Shown: positions 1-10,657, numbered from the stretch's first letter. The stretch: DNA of 64,000 bases from Candidatus Latescibacterota bacterium (GCA_965219995.1 CBDCOX010000002.1:4480001-4544000), one strand, 5' to 3'. The notes: generated by a model from the sequence alone, not told the origin. Translations and numbers: made by a program.

Positions 1-530
1 AGGCGTTGGAAAGGGTACAGGGATGGCTCAAGCTGCCCAACGGCAAGGCCGTGACCGGCTTTAACCACGAATACAAGAGAAACGGCACCACCACGTTATT
101 CGCCGCATTGAACGTCGCCACCGGCCTCGTCAAGGCCGGGCATTACAAAAGGCGCAAACGACGCCAATTCTTGAGCTTTATGAACGAACTTGTCGCCGAA
201 TACCCCGATCAGGAACTCCACATCATCCTCGACAACCTGAACACCCACAAGCCCAAGAACGACCGCTGGCTGCCACGCCATCCAAATGTCCACTTCTACT
301 ACACCCCTACCCACGCATCCTGGCTGAACCAGATCGAAATCTGGTTCAGCATCCTGTGGAGAAGCGCGCTCAAAGGCGGCTCCTTCACCTCGATTCGAGA
401 CTTACGCACCGCCATCAATCACTTCATTGACGCCTACAACGAGAACGCACATCCCTTCGAGTGGAAAGCCACAAAAGTCCGACCCAAAGCCCTTGAAGAA
501 AAATACTCTAATTTAGCCAATTAAGTACTA
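1..530 (+). mobile_element. IS630-family insertion sequence, right part (left end outside window)
   Basis: DDE transposase ORF ends a few bases before a CTAG (528-531), the typical IS630 TA/CTAG target. The neighbouring minus-strand gene loses its conserved sequence exactly there. Confidence 0.85.
6..524 (+). CDS. IS630-family transposase, C-terminal DDE domain (5' part outside window)
   Basis: Motifs HEYKRNGT, IILDNLNTHK and YTPTHASWLNQIEIWF are typical of IS630 DDE_3 transposases. Confidence 0.93.
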   Translation: MERVQGWLKLPNGKAVTGFNHEYKRNGTTTLFAALNVATGLVKAGHYKRRKRRQFLSFMNELVAEYPDQELHIILDNLNTHKPKNDRWLPRHPNVHFYYTPTHASWLNQIEIWFSILWRSALKGGSFTSIRDLRTAINHFIDAYNENAHPFEWKATKVRPKALEEKYSNLAN

Positions 531-1581
531 GTTCCTTTCGCAGGTCGGGGTCAAATGCTTCCAGGAAGGGCTCGTAGAAATAGGTAACGGCTTCTCCCTC
601 GTTGAAGCGAGCGAAGAAGGCGTCGCGGTCCACCCGGTCAAGCGCGGCGGACGTCCAGTCGAGCACCTCCACGAGGCCGAGCTGCTGCAGCCGGCCTGGC
701 TGCGAAATCTGCTGAAACAGAGCCTGCATCACCGGCGTGCGCAGATGCCACACTGCCTCATGCCAATTGAACGTGACCCCCGGCGCAGGTTTCTTTCGTG
801 CCCACAGAACCCACGCGGAGAAGATTCCGTAGAATAGCGTCTGCACGAGTGTCGAGTGGAAAAAGCGCTCGCCTTGTTCGTCCTCGAATTGGACGCCGAG
901 TGACTCTTCCAGCGCGGAACGTATCGCGTTGAGCGACGGAGAGTCGTCGGCGGCTACGACGCGTGCCAAGCCGTCCCGTGCGTAAGACGCGAGTAACCAG
1001 GCGAGGTCTTTCGATTCGGTGATCGCCGCTAGGTGAGACAATGCACGAATCAGGTATTCACTCAGGCCTGCGCCGACTTCGCGGGCGAAGGCGTGTGGCT
1101 TCTGCAACCTGCGGTTAAACTCCTCGTCGGTGCCAGCGAGGCTATAAGATTCGAAATCGGTCTCATTTCCGGCTCCGTCGCGACCGACAAGAGTAAACCC
1201 ACGAAAGTTGGTCATCAACACCAGGTGGTACCGGGTCCAATATCGTGTCACCTGACCACGAACCTCCGGCGTGCCCATATTTTCCGCTGTAGACTTTACT
1301 TCCACGACGCCGCGTTCAGGTTTCTGTCCGGAGCGCGGATTACCCTTCTGCACCTGATTTGCGGAATAAAGACCGAAATCCGGATGTCCCCCTCCTTGGT
1401 CTGCCATTTCGCTAACACAGAACACCTTCGGCTTTAGTGTCTCCCCGACGGCGTTCAGCAGATTCTCCAGCGGGCCAGAGTTCGAGCGCTCGCCGGTTCC
1501 CCCGCCCGTGGCGCGGATTCGTCCCAGTTGCTCGAAGTATTCCGCAACCGCTGTGGTCAGTCTCGTTGTCGATTTGGCCAT
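508..1581 (-). pseudogene. N-terminal fragment of a fused restriction nuclease/N6-adenine methyltransferase (type IIG/ISP-like), interrupted by IS630
   Basis: PD...EVK nuclease motif (GHPDFGL...GVVEVK), then TLVQTLFYGIFSA and YFYEPFLEAFDPDLRKEL. The latter normally continues GVxYTP into the MTase, but here runs into IS sequence and stops. Confidence 0.8.
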
Positions 1582-1680
1582 AATACGTTATGCTCTTTCA
1601 ATTGGCTCAAGTTCGGGTATCGCAACCGAAAGCCGGATGCTCTGTTTGGAAAGTCATTGCTGGTAGTCTTCCAACAGGAA

Positions 1681-4600
1681 TTACATCAAGCCGCGTCTCG
1701 CAGCAATTTCCCTCAGCCTTTGTTTGAATTCACAGGAAAGGTCTGATCGAAGAAGCTCCTCGATGAGTTCTTTGCCGTTGGGCCAAGCAAGCGGCCGAGA
1801 TTTGATCTGGTCCAGGTAAGATAGGAGTTTAGCGACCGCTTTGGGATAATGTTTCCAGAGTTTGTTCCTGTAAACCAAATATACGACCTGGCTACTATTG
1901 GCACTTTGGATTTTTGATTCCACGGGTGGCATCTTGACTGCCAAATCAACGGCTTCGGGAAACACAGCCTTCAGATCAGGCAACCAGCAGAGCTTAATCC
2001 ACGTCTCGTCAGCGTTAAGTGGCGCTGGGACGCCTTGAATCCGGTATTCCCAATAGCGTTTGACCCAATGTTCCCACCACTCGCGTTGCTGCGAATCACC
2101 CATGTGATCGAGGCGGTTTCCGATTGTTATCGCAAAGTAGCGCCGAGAATGGTCGCCGGCGTGCTCAATGAACCTGGGAATCCAGACTTCCAGCGGATCG
2201 TCGGCAAAGTACCCCAATATGTCGATATAACGCGAGATAAATTGCTTTCGCCCTTGACCCGAGAAATCTTCCTCCATTCGAGAAACGGCTTTAAGAAATG
2301 CCACACCCATGAGTTCGGCCACTGCCGGGCTGAGACGCCCATACAAGAAGCCGTCCCAAATTGCACGATAGTCCTCAACGTTGGAATGATCGGTAAAACG
2401 AGGTACAAGATTTGTCTCTGTCCAATCTCGATCGACACCTACGAGAAAGGAAAGATACCGTGCAAGGACAGCTCTACCCAACCTTCCTGCGAGTGTCGTA
2501 TCCTCGACGATTTCTGCTAGTCCGTCACGATAGTTTGAGTGTAGGCCTTCGGACGGCTCGGCTTGCTGTCTTCGCCAGCAATTCAGGCTATGCAACCAGA
2601 AACCGGCGAGAAGCCCCGCGGTGCTGTTAATCGCCGCTGTAAGCCAGGACCCGATTTCCCTTCGCGCATCGTCGCGGTCCACGTGGCTCCAGAGGTTAGC
2701 GGCGGTCTGGTTAACCTGTGTAAGCGGTATGAGGTAATGTTGGGTCTTGTCATCTGTCACCAAGTTGTACAGGAATTCAGCGATAGTACGTGCACATTTT
2801 CTTTGTAATTCGACCCTTTCCAATTGCTGAATGACTTGACGAACTCGATTCTGATCTAGTTCAGTCTCTGACCACAACCGCAATAGAGTGTTCCATAAAT
2901 CGGTATCCCAGTTCCGCCTCTTGGCCAACGCATCCGCCAATTCGAGTCCCCACTGGAAATCCCGCTTTGCCGCATCCGAGACGGCTATGTTAAGCCCGAG
3001 ACGGTCTGGTTCATTAATTCCTGTATCCTGGAATGACAATAGTTTCTCGGCCCATTCTTCAGCGGATTTCGAAAGAAGCTCGTCTACGTTCCATGGGCTC
3101 TGGTGGCCTCCAGGGACGGAACTCATCCAGTGAGTGAGGTCTGGATGTTCTTGCGGTCGAAAGTCGGGGTGTCGCCTTAATACATCCTCCAGAGCTGCCT
3201 CAGCGACGCGACAATTAGGTGCCGCATTATGGATCCAATGGAGCCAGTTGAAATGAACGTATGCAGCGCCGTCTTCCTCAGCGTGCTCATTTTCTACAGA
3301 CGGCTGGCGATAGGCCTGTATCGCCTCAATAACGGCCGTTCGACGATCCTCATCAGCATTCGGATATATTGCCTTCATTAACTGAAACAGCTCATGATGT
3401 GCCGAAGAGTCGTGCAGATCAGTTACACTTAACAACCAATCAATCTTCTCATTTGGATTCATATCTCGGCGCTCGATTAGAGTATGCACTGCCAATCGGC
3501 GAAGTAGCGGCACCCCTTCATTGACAAGCCGATCCGACCATGCGGCCGCCACTTTTGGACGATTTGTCGCCAGCCATCCCAGGCAGTCTCGGGCGGCATC
3601 GATCAATACGTCAATTGTCTCCGGGTATTTGTCCTGTTCGTGCGGTTCGATGGCGCTTCGGCTATAACTGACCGGATTCCAATCGCGATTGGCCTCCTGC
3701 CACGCGTTGAGTGTCCAGTGTTGCGTCGTCAGGCGCCCAATAACGGTCGCAAGTAGCGTCTCCGCTACACGGTCGAGATTCGGCTTCAATCCGTCAATCC
3801 AAAGTTTGTTAATCGTGAAGTGATCGCTCACAAACCCCAATTCCACATCAATACGCGGACTCTGTTCTTTCTCATCTGAATCAGGCCAGGAAAACCCCCG
3901 CTTGACCACAACGCGGCTTGCTGCCATCGCATCGAAGACGTCGACGACACGATCCAACAGCTTGTTCTTTGTGCAACTTTCTCCCAACCAAAACAACGGA
4001 TGCTCCGTCTCCAATTGATCTGGAGCGGTAGCAAGGAGAAGGGAAACCCAACGGGACAAAGTATCTGCATCAAAGGACGGTTCGTCCCGTAACGCGACTG
4101 ATCGACATAGTGCGTCCCAGAATTTCGGATTTAGCTGAGCATGCCGCCGACCGATCAACAGAAAGAGCTCATCTGCGTGTCTGTATGCGAATTTCTCGGC
4201 TAGCCAGCTTCCCAATAGTCCATCACGTTCACTTAGCTCGCCGGTTCCAAAGAGTCCATCTAGATGATTGCGCTCATCGAGCCAAGCGACCCATTCAACC
4301 GAGGTCGCGGCATCGGTGAAAAACCGTGTCTTCGACTCGTCTGTGAGCGCATCCACAATTAAATCTGTTTCCTCTTCGTCAACGGTGGGTGGTTTCTTTG
4401 CGATTTCGGCTATTTCCCGCTGCCAATCAAGAATACTGCGTCTTGCGTGATTAGCTATGCCGCGAACGCCAGCGTAAAGTGCACTGTGAACATCACCGCG
4501 TGATCTGGGATAATGAATCGGCTCGATACCGAGAACGTGCCATCGGTCGCTGTCAGCCTCGGGCGAGAGCACGTAACGCTTTTCAGACTCTTCTACCGGC

Positions 4601-5226
4601 AAAGCACGTGACAAATAGTTCATTATGGAGTCGTTGTGGCTATAGCCGACAAAAAGAACGGTGAATGAACGAAATAACTCGACAAGAAAACTCCGTGCCC
4701 ACCCCTCTGTGAGATATGCGCGGCCAAAGTCTGCGTCTGTGAGAACCATCTCGTCAGGGCGATCAAGAGCACCGTGAACATGAACAATCCCGCTAAATTT
4801 CTTTCCTAAGGGCAGGGCGGGAGCTCGAAATACGTCCGGTTCCGCGTCAAACAGGCCGTCGACCGCCTGCTCAAACAACAGATCGAAATTGGTGGTGACG
4901 ATCAGGGGTGATTTGGATTTCGGATATAGCCTCAGAAGATCCCGGTGCAAATCGGTTGGGTGGGGGTTCTCCTGAGAAAGCTCTTGTTTTGCTCGAGTAT
5001 GTACGTCCGCACCGCTGTATTGAAGCCGACCCAGGAATTGGTCTTCGGACTCGTCGTCCTGCAAGGTTCTTCCCGTACCGCAAGCGATTGCCCTTGTTAG
5101 GCCTCGGAAGCTCGGAAGGTTTGCCGGGTCTCCCATTGATACGCCTGCGCCAGCGAATACGACTAGCTTGTCGTCGCGTAACGCGTTTACTATCTGTCTG
5201 GGAAAATCGATGCCTTTTATTTTCAT
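1681..5226 (-). CDS. SIR2-domain anti-phage protein, DSR1-like (SIR2_2 NADase + long helical region with DUF4020-like C-terminus)
   Basis: N-terminal VFAGAGVS, TTNFD, HVHG, VLFVGYSHND sirtuin motifs; RSAIEPHEQD motif; 1181 aa; visibly lower GC than the flanking core genes. Confidence 0.85.
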   Translation of the reverse strand: MKIKGIDFPRQIVNALRDDKLVVFAGAGVSMGDPANLPSFRGLTRAIACGTGRTLQDDESEDQFLGRLQYSGADVHTRAKQELSQENPHPTDLHRDLLRLYPKSKSPLIVTTNFDLLFEQAVDGLFDAEPDVFRAPALPLGKKFSGIVHVHGALDRPDEMVLTDADFGRAYLTEGWARSFLVELFRSFTVLFVGYSHNDSIMNYLSRALPVEESEKRYVLSPEADSDRWHVLGIEPIHYPRSRGDVHSALYAGVRGIANHARRSILDWQREIAEIAKKPPTVDEEETDLIVDALTDESKTRFFTDAATSVEWVAWLDERNHLDGLFGTGELSERDGLLGSWLAEKFAYRHADELFLLIGRRHAQLNPKFWDALCRSVALRDEPSFDADTLSRWVSLLLATAPDQLETEHPLFWLGESCTKNKLLDRVVDVFDAMAASRVVVKRGFSWPDSDEKEQSPRIDVELGFVSDHFTINKLWIDGLKPNLDRVAETLLATVIGRLTTQHWTLNAWQEANRDWNPVSYSRSAIEPHEQDKYPETIDVLIDAARDCLGWLATNRPKVAAAWSDRLVNEGVPLLRRLAVHTLIERRDMNPNEKIDWLLSVTDLHDSSAHHELFQLMKAIYPNADEDRRTAVIEAIQAYRQPSVENEHAEEDGAAYVHFNWLHWIHNAAPNCRVAEAALEDVLRRHPDFRPQEHPDLTHWMSSVPGGHQSPWNVDELLSKSAEEWAEKLLSFQDTGINEPDRLGLNIAVSDAAKRDFQWGLELADALAKRRNWDTDLWNTLLRLWSETELDQNRVRQVIQQLERVELQRKCARTIAEFLYNLVTDDKTQHYLIPLTQVNQTAANLWSHVDRDDARREIGSWLTAAINSTAGLLAGFWLHSLNCWRRQQAEPSEGLHSNYRDGLAEIVEDTTLAGRLGRAVLARYLSFLVGVDRDWTETNLVPRFTDHSNVEDYRAIWDGFLYGRLSPAVAELMGVAFLKAVSRMEEDFSGQGRKQFISRYIDILGYFADDPLEVWIPRFIEHAGDHSRRYFAITIGNRLDHMGDSQQREWWEHWVKRYWEYRIQGVPAPLNADETWIKLCWLPDLKAVFPEAVDLAVKMPPVESKIQSANSSQVVYLVYRNKLWKHYPKAVAKLLSYLDQIKSRPLAWPNGKELIEELLRSDLSCEFKQRLREIAARRGLM

Positions 5227-5383
5227 TTTCGACTCGGCGAGTTATCGGGATCTACCTGCAGCAGCGCTCCGGGTCTCCGCGGCACTTGAGTTTTACCCGT
5301 AATTCGCATATTTTTCGGACATCGCCGGTAGGTTACCTGTCATCAACCCGCGAAAACTTCCTCTACGCGCGCAGGTCGTCGAC

Positions 5384-5812
5384 ATGCAAATGAAAACCTC
5401 CCAATCCCTGGAACAGCGTATCGCGAGCCTGCTTGAGCCCCGCCACGAGGTTCTGGAGGCTTATCTGTTTGGTTCACACGCGCGCGGGACGGCACAACCC
5501 CACAGCGATGTCGACGTCGCTGTATATGTGGATGAAGCCAGAGTCAAAGAAAGCACGTTCGGGTATCGGGCGCAAATTACGACGGAAATAATAGCCGGCC
5601 TCCACAACAACGACGTCGATCTACTGATTCTAAACCAGGCTCCCCCTGTTCTTTACTACCATGTGCTGCGAGACGGTATCCGCCTCCTGTCCCGTGATCT
5701 GGCGGCGACGACGACGCGGGAAGGTTACGCGGTTTCCCGATATTGCGATTTCGGTCCCCAGCTTGCAAAAATGGACGCGGCATGGCGTTTGCGCGCCGGT
5801 GGCGAAAGGTGA
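5384..5812 (+). CDS. MNT-family nucleotidyltransferase (type VII TA antitoxin, MntA-like)
   Basis: YLFGSHARG...SDVDVAV nucleotidyltransferase motif; GTGA overlap with the downstream HEPN gene. Confidence 0.9.
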   Translation: MQMKTSQSLEQRIASLLEPRHEVLEAYLFGSHARGTAQPHSDVDVAVYVDEARVKESTFGYRAQITTEIIAGLHNNDVDLLILNQAPPVLYYHVLRDGIRLLSRDLAATTTREGYAVSRYCDFGPQLAKMDAAWRLRAGGER

Positions 5813-6246
5813 CTCCCGGACGCCCAAATGACCTCGTCGTGCGGCGGCATTTGACCGCGTTGAGGTCCGCCGTTGGCAACCTGCGTCGGCATTCGGATTC
5901 AACCGGCGCTCAGCTCCGCGACAATTCCGACCTTCGCTGGTTGGTCGAACGCGGCCTTCATCTCTGTGCCCAGAACGCGCTCGACATAGCAACCCATCTG
6001 GCATTGTCCGCCGGCCTTGATGCGCCGGATTACGCAACCGCCATAGACCGACTTGCAGAGATAGACGTGTTGCCTGAAGATTTCGCGGCGCACTTCCGAG
6101 CCGTGGCGGGTTTCCGTAACGTACTTGTCCACGGCTACCTTGACGTCGACCTCGATCTGATCGGGCAACTCCTCGCCCGACAACTGGATGACTTCGAGAC
6201 GTTTGCTCGCCACGTCGAACGATCGCTTGCCAGACCTGGCGAGTGA
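5809..6246 (+). CDS. HEPN/DUF86 RNase toxin (HepT-like)
   Basis: RX4HXY motif FRNVLVHGY; GTG start at 5809 overlaps the MNT stop codon. Confidence 0.9.
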   Translation: MTPGRPNDLVVRRHLTALRSAVGNLRRHSDSTGAQLRDNSDLRWLVERGLHLCAQNALDIATHLALSAGLDAPDYATAIDRLAEIDVLPEDFAAHFRAVAGFRNVLVHGYLDVDLDLIGQLLARQLDDFETFARHVERSLARPGE

Positions 6247-6275
6247 GGAACTGCCCGTTGACAGGAGTCGAACCG

Positions 6276-7376
6276 TCATTCCGTCCCTTCGCTGACGCTG
6301 TCCCTTTCCCAGATTTCCCCGAGCGAGTATTCCTCCACCCATGAGTCGAGATCTTCGGCCTGGGGTCTCTTGAATTCCGTGGCTTCCTGATTTCGTTCCA
6401 CGACCACGATGTCGTCCGGTTCGAAGCTGTCCACGAAGGCGCTGGACTGCGTGCTTACGAGCACCTGCGTATGCTCGCTTACGGAACGAAACAGGGAGGC
6501 GATCACGTCCACGGCGCAGGGGTCCAGGCCGAGTTCCGGTTCATCCACGACAATCAGGGACGGCAGCTTCTCGGTCGGCTGTAACAGAAGCGAAATCAGG
6601 CAGATCGCCCGCAACGTGCCGTCCGAGAGCTGATGCGGGCCGAAAACCAGATCGGACTCACGGTGCCGCCAGTTGAGGATGACGTCCCGCGACTCCGCGG
6701 GCTCCAGATCGAAGTCATCGAAGAACGGCGCCACCTGCCGGATGGTGGTTACAATCCGCCTGTATGCGGTTTCGTCGCTGGACCTGAGCGCACAGAGTAT
6801 CGCCGCGAGATTGCCCGCGTCGGGCTTGAGCCAGCGGTTGTCCCCGATGTATCCGTATTGCCTCACCCTCGACGTCGGCGACGTGTCATGAAAGTGATAG
6901 GCGCGGCAGCGATTCAACAGGACCCTCAGTGTTTTCGCCGTGGGCTCTCCACTCTCCGCCACTTCTCCAATCTTCGTTTCCAGATGGCCGACGCCCAGCT
7001 GTACGATCTTGGGGCTGGGATACCCCGACTGGTGGAAGGAGAGGGTTTCTTCGGCAAAAATCAGGGAATCGCCCGCGGCGTGGAAGAGTCTCATCGAGTA
7101 CGTGTCCGTTCCGTTCTCCACCTCAAACAACATCCTTGCCTCCAGTTGCGGCGTCACTCTGGGCCCGAAGTGCAGGTTCCCCGTGGCCCGTCCGGTCGAC
7201 CCGATATGCTGCTGGAGGCGTCCGCCCATCAGTTCATTCACCAGCTTGAAGAAGGCAATGAGATTGCTCTTGCCGGCACCGTTGGCGCCGATGAGGACGT
7301 TGACCGGCCTGAGTTCCAACATCATCTCCCTGATGGACCGAAATCCGCTAATCTCGATACTCTTCAGTGTTGTCAT
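6276..7376 (-). CDS. AAA_21/ABC-type predicted ATPase (COG4637-like), defence-island associated
   Basis: Walker A GANGAGKSN, signature LSDGTLR, Walker B IVVDEPELGL, STQS; GGAG RBS upstream. Confidence 0.88.
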   Translation of the reverse strand: MTTLKSIEISGFRSIREMMLELRPVNVLIGANGAGKSNLIAFFKLVNELMGGRLQQHIGSTGRATGNLHFGPRVTPQLEARMLFEVENGTDTYSMRLFHAAGDSLIFAEETLSFHQSGYPSPKIVQLGVGHLETKIGEVAESGEPTAKTLRVLLNRCRAYHFHDTSPTSRVRQYGYIGDNRWLKPDAGNLAAILCALRSSDETAYRRIVTTIRQVAPFFDDFDLEPAESRDVILNWRHRESDLVFGPHQLSDGTLRAICLISLLLQPTEKLPSLIVVDEPELGLDPCAVDVIASLFRSVSEHTQVLVSTQSSAFVDSFEPDDIVVVERNQEATEFKRPQAEDLDSWVEEYSLGEIWERDSVSEGTE

Positions 7377-7487
7377 GGTGTAACTCCTTGCTATTCACAC
7401 GATGTGTTAATACGCCAACGGCCTATGGTTCTATTTTTCGATGCGTTCCTTCACCGGTCTGTCACATAGACGTCCCCCTCGGCGTCG

Positions 7488-10400
7488 TCAAAACACGTAC
7501 CGGATGCCGACCTGGACTTCGCGCGGATCGCCGAGTCCGGACTGGACGGTGCCGTCGAAGTTGAACAGAAGGCCGGCAGTGGAGGGGTCGCGGTAGTTGT
7601 CCGTATTGAGCAGGTTGAAGACCTCGACAATGGCCTCAATCGTGCCGTTGCCCAATGGAATGGGGCGCGTGAGGCGCATGTCCCACGAGAAGAACCCGCG
7701 GTCCTTGCGCAAGGTGTTGCGCTGGACGATGCCGCCGTCGGCGCAGACGCGGTCCGAAGTGGGCCCCCATGGGTTCGTCGAGGGACGGCTGGATGCCCGA
7801 TTGTTGTCGCCGCAGGCGGCAGAGACCGGCTGCGGCGAATAGAAGCTCACACGGTTGTTCATATAGACGTCGCCGGGCAGGATAGCCAGCGCCCAGGCGT
7901 TGAAGCGGTGGCGCTGGTCGCGGTCCGAAAACCCCCATTCGCGGTCCAGCCGGGTGGGATCCACGTAGCGGAAGGTGAACGGGTCGCGCTCGTTATCGTC
8001 ATCGGATTTGTCCCAGGACAGCGTGTAGTTGATTTGGAACTGAAGCTGTTCGTGCATGGTCCGCCGCAGCCCCAGGCTGAGGCCGTTGTAGCGCGATTTC
8101 GCGGAGCTCTCGGCCGTGATCAGGTTGCCGATGCCGTTGCCGCCGTCCGGGCCCAGTCCGGTCGACCACGGAGAACCGAACGCGGCGTCGTTGCGATTCA
8201 CGAAACGCGTGAGATTGTCGGTACGTGCGTAGGTATAATCGACGGAACCCACAAGTCCCGATGCCTGAAACTCATGCTCGATACCCGCGTTCAGGCTGAC
8301 GGTTCGCGGGTTCTGAAAATTCTCGTCGAAGACGTATATGTTGGGCTGGAACGGGCCTCCTTCGGGCGAGGGCAGCAATTCGCCCCACGTCGGGGGCGGC
8401 CCAAGGATTGGGGTCAGTTCGCTGGACCGGAATAAAGACTGCCCGCGGGAGCCGTTGGTCGAGCGGGTGCTGGCCAGGTTCAGTCCCGGAATGCGGGCGT
8501 AGTAGACCCCTGCGCTGGCGCGCAAGAGGGTACTGTTGTCACCGCGCGCGTCGAAGGCCAGGCCGAGTCGAGGCTGGAGCATATCCAGGTCGGAGGGAAT
8601 CCTTCCGTTGGACGGGAACCTGTGTGCCTCCGCCCCGTTGCTTACGGTCTTCCCGATGAAACCGGCGAAGAATACATCGGATGGATCTGTGATCGGGTCG
8701 GGCTGAATCTGCGCCTCCCAGCGCAATCCGTAGTTGACCGTCAGTCTGCCGGACGCCTGCCAACTGTCCTGCACGAACAGGGCCAGTTCGTGCTGCGGGA
8801 TGCTCTGGGTGCCGGCGTCTTCCACGGACAACGCGCCGACGCCTGCCTGCTCCAGGTAGAACAGCACCGGTCCCGTGATTCGCGCGCCCGCCGCGCAAAC
8901 GCCCTCGGTGCTGACGCTTCCATCCGAACATTCGACGTAGCGGTTGCCCTTTTCCACGAAGTTGAGAAACCCGTCCACCGAGTCGAAAATGAACCGTCCA
9001 TTGGCGAAGCCGATAAAGGTCTGCACAGACTCGACGCGATTCCACTCCACGCCGGCCTTGAACAGGTGGCCGCCCCTGGCGAGCGAGACATTGTTGAGCA
9101 ACTGGACGCGGGTGTCGTAGTATTCCGTCGGTATGAAGAAGGGCATGCCGAGGCGATAGCCGTTCCTGAAGTCCATGCCGGTATCCGGGAAAGGGCGGCC
9201 TGTATCGGGATTGATCGGTCCCGCATAGGGACGAGGACGGTCCTCGCGGGAGATCTGGAACCGGAACTCATTGACGGTGGTTGGCGAGAGAAGCGATACG
9301 AGGCTGCCGTTGAACGCATGTGACCAGTCTCTTTCAATCGCGTTGGCGCTGCGCGCCCATGAATCCACGTCAAAAGTCCCGTTTTCCTGTTCCGACCACG
9401 TGTAGTTGTACTTGAAAGTTGCGGAGTGGTCTTTCGAGAGGTGGAGGTCCACCTTGGCCAGGAACGCGCGGGCGTCGTTGGTGCGGTCGATGGGTCCGTA
9501 GTCTTCCCGCAGCGCCCCGTTGAACGCCGTGTCCATAAAGGTCCGCAAGCTGGGGTCCATGCGCCCCGCGTCGCTCTGCCGGGTGTCTCTCAACACCTGC
9601 TGGTCGTACGCGGCGAAGAAGAACGCCTTGTCACGCTTCAGCGGTCCGCCGAGCGTGAAGCCGAACTGCCCCTGCCTGAAGCTGGGCCGGCGCTCGGCGC
9701 CGTTGTGCCTCGCGGTCTCCGACAACGCGTCGTGCTTGCCGAAAAAATGCGCCGATCCGCTGATTCTGTTCGTGCCCGACTTCGTGATGACGTTCACGAA
9801 TCCTCCGCCGGAGCGCCCGAATTCCGCGTTTGCGCCCTGCGGAACCACAACGATTTCCGCAACGGCGTCCAGATTGAAGGTGAAAGCGGGGCGCTGACCC
9901 CCGCGCTGCTCGCCGAAGAACGGGTTGTTGAAATCCGCGCCGTCCACCGAGATGTTGTTGTGGATGCCGCGCTGGCCGGCAATGGTCAGTTCGTCGCCGT
10001 CCGGACCCTGGACGATACTCACGCCCGGGGTCAGAAGCGTGAGGTTGAGAAAATTACGGCCGTTGTTGGGCAGGTCCTGCACTGCCTTCTCCGGCAGGCG
10101 CGTGGCCGTCTCCGTTCGGGTGACGTCGACCGCGGGCCTCCTTGCCACAACCACGAACTCCTCCATCTCGATAATCATCTTGATGATCAGTTCAACCGTC
10201 TCTCCAACCCGGACTTGCACACCGGTCTGCCGTGCTTCGGCCCATCCCTCGGCGCGTACCGTGACGTCGTAGAAGCCGAGAGGAAGCAGCGTCGCGGTGA
10301 ACAGTCCCACGTCGGACGTCGCGAGGATTCTCTGGTAATTGGTGCCCGCCTCCCTAAGGATGACGGTGGCGCCTTCGATGGGATTGTCAAACGGGTCGCA

Positions 10401-10499
10401 TACGAGGCCCCGGATAACGCCCGTGGTCGCCTGGGACTGGGCATCCGCCGGGTGGCCCATCAGGCTTATCGACAGCAGAAGGAGGTTAATCGTACGCAT
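7488..10499 (-). CDS. TonB-dependent receptor, Oar-like, with N-terminal carboxypeptidase-regulatory-like domain
   Basis: Signal peptide from MRTINLLLL (ATG 10499 chosen over 10643), LPNNGRNF, AEFGRSGGGFVNVITKSGTN plug motif, C-terminal PREVQVGIRYVF. Confidence 0.92.
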   Translation of the reverse strand: MRTINLLLLSISLMGHPADAQSQATTGVIRGLVCDPFDNPIEGATVILREAGTNYQRILATSDVGLFTATLLPLGFYDVTVRAEGWAEARQTGVQVRVGETVELIIKMIIEMEEFVVVARRPAVDVTRTETATRLPEKAVQDLPNNGRNFLNLTLLTPGVSIVQGPDGDELTIAGQRGIHNNISVDGADFNNPFFGEQRGGQRPAFTFNLDAVAEIVVVPQGANAEFGRSGGGFVNVITKSGTNRISGSAHFFGKHDALSETARHNGAERRPSFRQGQFGFTLGGPLKRDKAFFFAAYDQQVLRDTRQSDAGRMDPSLRTFMDTAFNGALREDYGPIDRTNDARAFLAKVDLHLSKDHSATFKYNYTWSEQENGTFDVDSWARSANAIERDWSHAFNGSLVSLLSPTTVNEFRFQISREDRPRPYAGPINPDTGRPFPDTGMDFRNGYRLGMPFFIPTEYYDTRVQLLNNVSLARGGHLFKAGVEWNRVESVQTFIGFANGRFIFDSVDGFLNFVEKGNRYVECSDGSVSTEGVCAAGARITGPVLFYLEQAGVGALSVEDAGTQSIPQHELALFVQDSWQASGRLTVNYGLRWEAQIQPDPITDPSDVFFAGFIGKTVSNGAEAHRFPSNGRIPSDLDMLQPRLGLAFDARGDNSTLLRASAGVYYARIPGLNLASTRSTNGSRGQSLFRSSELTPILGPPPTWGELLPSPEGGPFQPNIYVFDENFQNPRTVSLNAGIEHEFQASGLVGSVDYTYARTDNLTRFVNRNDAAFGSPWSTGLGPDGGNGIGNLITAESSAKSRYNGLSLGLRRTMHEQLQFQINYTLSWDKSDDDNERDPFTFRYVDPTRLDREWGFSDRDQRHRFNAWALAILPGDVYMNNRVSFYSPQPVSAACGDNNRASSRPSTNPWGPTSDRVCADGGIVQRNTLRKDRGFFSWDMRLTRPIPLGNGTIEAIVEVFNLLNTDNYRDPSTAGLLFNFDGTVQSGLGDPREVQVGIRYVF

Positions 10500-10657
10500 C
10501 AGCGATCGCGGTGGCCGGAGTGCCGGAGCTCGGTCAATGTTGAATTGATTCACCGCCGTTGCTCGTTTTCTCGCGTCTATATCGTGCTTTTTGGTTTTTG
10601 TACTGTCCATTCTCTGCATCCATGTAAATTGTCGTATTTTCAATTCAGTTGGCCAAC

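Noticed and set aside
1582-7487. Possible integron cassette array in the defence island
   Set aside because: No repeated attC-like sites were found in the intergenic gaps, gene orientations are mixed, and no integrase is present.
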